Source: Deltaproteobacteria bacterium (GTDB taxonomy: Bacteria > Myxococcota_A > Polyangia > Fen-1088). From it: a stretch of DNA of 64,000 nt. Position numbers and translations under genes: made by a program. The notes under the pieces were generated by a model. It was not told where the DNA came from, ran no database searches, and saw only the letters and a list, made by a program, of their open reading frames with translations. Below, one piece after another: positions 60,330 through 64,000 of this stretch. Each line of letters opens with the position of its first letter. Position 1 is the stretch's first letter. Location: positions 192,001 through 256,000 of the forward strand of contig JANRKS010000031.1 in assembly GCA_033763315.1 (NCBI GenBank). The letters are read 5' to 3'.

Positions 60330-60788
60330 GCGCCGAGCGCTGAATTTTACGGCTCGGTCTCCGCGCACGTGGCAGAGGTGGGCGCCTTGAACGAGGCCAA
60401 TTCGATCACGCCTCACACACGGTCACGTTGGCCGTTTCGCAACGCACGTTTTGGCCACCCGCCCGACATTGCGACGAGATGAACAGGCGCAAACCTTCAC
60501 GCACCCTCAAACACTGAGTCTTTGGTGGCAAGCGTCTGAGCTCCCGACGTTCGGTGCCGCGACGATTTCGCGAGCTTGCGCGCCAAATGGGCGACCTCGC
60601 GGCTAACAGTAACCAACATCGCCCCATCACCTGCTGACGGCGGCGGAGGTGCTACCGCGGCCAAGCGGCTCGGTTCTGTGGGTGCGCGATATTCAGGCGT
60701 GTTGTTTTTCCGCTTCTGCATTTTTCGCCAGGTTGATGTCCCCAAAACGCTCCCAAAAAGGGCTTAACAGGAGGGGAGGACGTTGCGG

Positions 60789-61007
60789 ATGGTGGAGGAA
60801 GAATGGGAAGTCGATGCAAGCACCTCGTCGTCGGGCCTCGTCCCGGGCGTGGCGGAGGGCCGAAAGGCTGTAGCGGCCATCTTGGCGCGAGGCGTTTTGC
60901 GGGTTTTGGCGAAACGCCGTTTGGTCGCAGAGACGACTTGCTTGTCGCCGCCAAGCAAGCCTTGCTTGGACACGGTTAACACTGGAGAGGAGCCCACAAG
61001 TGTCTGA
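60789..61007 (+). CDS. Small protein of the recombinase module
   Basis: GGAGG RBS; helix 'VAAILARGVLR'; overlaps the DUF2924 start. Confidence 0.5.
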   Translation: MVEEEWEVDASTSSSGLVPGVAEGRKAVAAILARGVLRVLAKRRLVAETTCLSPPSKPCLDTVNTGEEPTSV

Positions 61008-61488
61008 GTCAATGCTTAACGAAATCAGGGTTTTGTCGAAGATGTCGGTCGCCGACCTGCGCCTTCGGCATGTCGAACTATTCGGCGAGGAATCACGCAG
61101 CCGCAACCGAGACTACCTCTGGAAACGCATTGCCTGGCGTATTCAAGAAGTCGCCGAAGGCGGCCTCGACGAGCGAGTGAAAGCAAAAGCCAGGGAACTG
61201 GCGCGCGACCCTGATTTGCGGGTCACGCAGCCTCGCCCATTGAGGGGAGTAACGGTGGTCGACACGACCAAGGGCACCAACCTCAAAGACGAGCGACTAC
61301 CGGAGCCTGGCACGACTTTGCAGCGAGAGTTTCGCGGCCGTACGTACTCGGTAGCTGTACTGCCGGACGGCTTCGAATACGAAGGCGAGCGCTTCAAGTC
61401 ATTATCTGCCGTTGCGCGCATGATTACCGGGACCCGCTGGAACGGCCTCGCGTTCTTCGGAATCGCCGGTGCCAAGGAGCCTGCCTAA
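61000..61488 (+). CDS. DUF2924-family protein
   Basis: 'LWKRIAWRIQE', 'PGTTLQREFRG', 'GFEYEG...SLSAVARMITGTRWNG...FFG'. Confidence 0.9.
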   Translation: MSESMLNEIRVLSKMSVADLRLRHVELFGEESRSRNRDYLWKRIAWRIQEVAEGGLDERVKAKARELARDPDLRVTQPRPLRGVTVVDTTKGTNLKDERLPEPGTTLQREFRGRTYSVAVLPDGFEYEGERFKSLSAVARMITGTRWNGLAFFGIAGAKEPA

Positions 61489-63089
61489 TGGCATCGAAGG
61501 CTTTAGTCACAACGCCCGCGCGGCGTGTGTGCGCCATTTACACGCGCAAGTCCACTGAGGAGGGACTCGACCAAGAATTCAATACGCTCGACGCCCAGCG
61601 CGAAGCGGGCGAGGCGTACGTACAAAGCCAAAGGACTGAAGGTTGGGAAGTCTCCCCGACTCGCTACGACGATGGCGGTTATACGGGCGCCAACACGGAC
61701 CGCCCAGCGCTACAAAGGCTACTAGCCGACATCCAGCGCGGAATGGTGGATGTAGTTGTGGTCTACAAGATCGACCGGCTTTCACGCAGCTTGCTCGATT
61801 TCGCGAAGCTCATAGAGGTGTTCGACAAGAACAAGGTCTCATTGGTGGCCGTCACGCAGCAGTTCAACACGTCGACCTCGCTTGGGCGCCTGGTGCTCAA
61901 CATCCTGCTGTCCTTCGCTCAATTCGAGCGTGAAATGATAGCTGAACGCACCCGCGATAAGATGCGTGCGGCCCGACGTAAGGGCAAGTGGATAGGCGGC
62001 ACGATGCCGTTCGGTTACGACGTCAAAGACAAGAAGCTCGTCATCAACGACGAAGAGACGCAGAAGGTTAAAGCGCTCTTCGACATGTATCTTGAGCATC
62101 ATTCGGTCCTGAAGCTCGTCGAGCACGCCAATGGCCTTGGTTGGCGCGCGAAGAGCTGGACGACGAAAAAAGGCATCGAGCATCACGGAGGGACCTGGAC
62201 AAAAAGCATGATGGGGCGGCTACTTCGTAACCCGCTTTATATGGGCAAGGTCTCGATCGACGGCGAACTCTTCGACGGCGAGCACGAGGCAATCGTCGAC
62301 GAAACGAAGTTCACGCGGGTGGCGGCGCAGCTCGACGCTGGCCGCAATGGCAGGGACGTGGTGGCCAGGAACCTGCACGGGTTTATGCTGCGGGGCTTGG
62401 TTCGCTGCGTAACCTGCAAAAGCGCCATGATTTCATCGACCGGGCGCTCGAAGGGCAAGGACTATCGCTATTACACGTGCCTCTCCGTCAGGCAAAAGGG
62501 CACGGGCGCTTGCTCGGTGAGAAGCGTGCCTGCCCAAGCGCTCGAGGATTTCGTTGTCGAACGCATACGCGATGTCGCCAAGGCTCCCTCGCTCATCACT
62601 GAGACGGTTGCTGCGGTCGCGGCTGAACGGATGGCCGCGCTGCCTGCGCTGTCTACGGAGCGCAAGCACCTTGAACATGAACGAGCCACCGTTCGGACAG
62701 AGGCGCGCAGCCTCGTCAGCCGACTCGCCAAGGCTGAAGTCAGCGCAGCGACATCGATTACGGAGCGGCTCGCGGAACTCGACCTAAGAACGGCGCAAAT
62801 CGATGCACGCATTGCCGAAGTCGTAAGCCAGATTGCAGCTGCCCACGAAGGTGAGATTGCGCCCGAGACCATCGAGCAAGCGTTGAGCGCCTTTGATGAG
62901 GTTTGGGATGCACTTACCGTAAACGAGCGCGGCCGAGTCATTCGCCTCGTTGCCGAACGCATCGACTTCGACGGAATGGCGGGCACCTTATCGATCGCAT
63001 ATTCGCCGACGGGGCTCGCGCTCTTGCACGAGGAATCGAACAAACCCACCCACACGGGCAAACGTGGCCGTAAGGAGAAAGCAGCATGA
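61488..63089 (+). CDS. Large serine recombinase
   Basis: 'CAIYTRKS' catalytic Ser, 'RPALQRL', 'KIDRLSRS', recombinase domain, Zn ribbon 'CVTC...YYTC...C', coiled coil. Confidence 0.96.
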   Translation: MASKALVTTPARRVCAIYTRKSTEEGLDQEFNTLDAQREAGEAYVQSQRTEGWEVSPTRYDDGGYTGANTDRPALQRLLADIQRGMVDVVVVYKIDRLSRSLLDFAKLIEVFDKNKVSLVAVTQQFNTSTSLGRLVLNILLSFAQFEREMIAERTRDKMRAARRKGKWIGGTMPFGYDVKDKKLVINDEETQKVKALFDMYLEHHSVLKLVEHANGLGWRAKSWTTKKGIEHHGGTWTKSMMGRLLRNPLYMGKVSIDGELFDGEHEAIVDETKFTRVAAQLDAGRNGRDVVARNLHGFMLRGLVRCVTCKSAMISSTGRSKGKDYRYYTCLSVRQKGTGACSVRSVPAQALEDFVVERIRDVAKAPSLITETVAAVAAERMAALPALSTERKHLEHERATVRTEARSLVSRLAKAEVSAATSITERLAELDLRTAQIDARIAEVVSQIAAAHEGEIAPETIEQALSAFDEVWDALTVNERGRVIRLVAERIDFDGMAGTLSIAYSPTGLALLHEESNKPTHTGKRGRKEKAA

Positions 63090-63586
63090 GCGCAATTCCC
63101 GCCAAGATTACCTACAACTTTCGCCGCAGCCGCGCGCTGAGCAACACAGGCATCGAACTCGTGAATGTCGACGGGGTCAATGAGGACGAAATACGGGAAG
63201 GCTCACTCAACACTTCGTCCATCGCACCCGCAGCACAACCTGCAGGCAAGGTGCCTCGGATAACGCGGATGCTTGCGCTCGCGCACAAGTTCGAGGCCAT
63301 GCTCAAGAGGGGGGAAGTAGAGTCTCTGGCTGACGTCGCGCGGGCCGGTCGCGTGACGCGAGCTCGGCTATCGCAGATCATGGATCTGGTTCTCCTCGCG
63401 CCCGACATTCAGGAGCAGATCATGGGTTTTGAGCGCGTGATGGCCGGCCGCGATCCAGTGACGATGCGTGACGTGCAAGCGCTGGTTCGGTTACCCTACT
63501 GGCCAGAGCAGCGTACCGCGTGGCGCAGGATCCTAGACTGGCGAAGCGCAAAGGCGCCGTTGTTGGCAAGAAAGGCCGGTGGTTGA
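63086..63586 (+). CDS. Recombinase-associated HTH-like protein
   Basis: 'LALAHKF...VTRARLSQIMDLVLLAPDIQE'; ATGA overlap with the recombinase. Confidence 0.7.
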   Translation: MSAIPAKITYNFRRSRALSNTGIELVNVDGVNEDEIREGSLNTSSIAPAAQPAGKVPRITRMLALAHKFEAMLKRGEVESLADVARAGRVTRARLSQIMDLVLLAPDIQEQIMGFERVMAGRDPVTMRDVQALVRLPYWPEQRTAWRRILDWRSAKAPLLARKAGG

Positions 63587-63718
63587 CCTCCGTCGGCCGT
63601 TCACGCCAAGGCGCGATACGCATCGCAGCGCATGCCCATAGCAGTGAAAGCGCTTTGGCCCTTGAAGGCAGCGATTCTAGAAGGCATCGTCCTTGCGGGT
63701 GCTCCCCCTAAGGATTTG

Positions 63719-63749
63719 CCTGGCCCCTCTTTAACTGAGAGGGGCCGGG
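63719..63749. other. Strong hairpin downstream of the recombinase module (terminator-like, no clear U-tract)
   Basis: CCTGGCCCCTCT-TTAACTG-AGAGGGGCCGGG; 12-bp stem with one G-T pair. Confidence 0.55.
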
Positions 63750-64000
63750 CCCCCAACTCGCCGCTCTTGCTGCTCCATCTGCACGTGTAATCACGAGTCA
63801 GAAAGAGTCTGGGGATCTTGATCGTCAGCGTCTAAATCAGGCACCGCAATGGCGGGTGGGCTTGTCCTCGGATCGCGTGGCGCGCCCTCCTTTTCGGCGG
63901 AACGCAGCGCTCGCTTTGCAATGGCAATCAAGATGGGAATGGACGCGGTCATAAGAGACGCCGTAGCGGGCTCACCCACAGAATCTCCCGCTAGGGCGGT

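Larger units (their letters stand above)
32619..64000. mobile_element. Genomic island 2 (fibre operon, T6SS effector cluster, serine recombinase module); right end not seen
   Basis: Starts at tRNA remnant plus conserved end; accessory cargo; DUF2924-recombinase genes at 61-63.6 kb. Confidence 0.6.

Noticed and set aside
63587-64000. Right attachment site of island 2
   Set aside because: No tRNA-Asn 3' half (GGTTCGA...GAGCCA) is visible here; the boundary probably lies outside the window.

Overview
GC-rich bacterial chromosome segment; gene content (TIGR02266/PEGA proteins, F1+b/b' ATP synthase operon) suggests Myxococcota. 1-17.4 kb is ordinary chromosome: atpF'FHAGDC, biotin carboxylase, ggt and others. 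A tRNA-Asn(GTT) at 17434-17508 is followed by what look like two islands stacked in tandem. Each begins with a homologous, hairpin-rich ~370-nt non-coding sequence (17509-17885 and 32619-32994), and a decayed 3' half of the tRNA (32578-32618) separates them. Island 1 carries arsH/arsC/arsR/acr3, a CzcCBA-type pump, a ZIP transporter, a P1B ATPase and an agmatine deiminase, with no integrase. Island 2 carries a collagen-fibre/lipoprotein/GT-C operon, an orphan T6SS spike-effector cluster (VgrG, DUF4150, DUF2169, DUF6484, a thiolase-TIGR02270 fusion, two toxin-immunity candidates), degenerate c-di-GMP proteins, two XRE regulators and a DUF2924-large serine recombinase module. Its right end is not visible in the window. 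The most interesting signal is the duplicated non-coding island end: its stems contain G-U-type pairs on the + strand and it repeats the TTAAC motif of the tRNA anticodon loop. All family calls come from motif recognition by eye; no database search was run.
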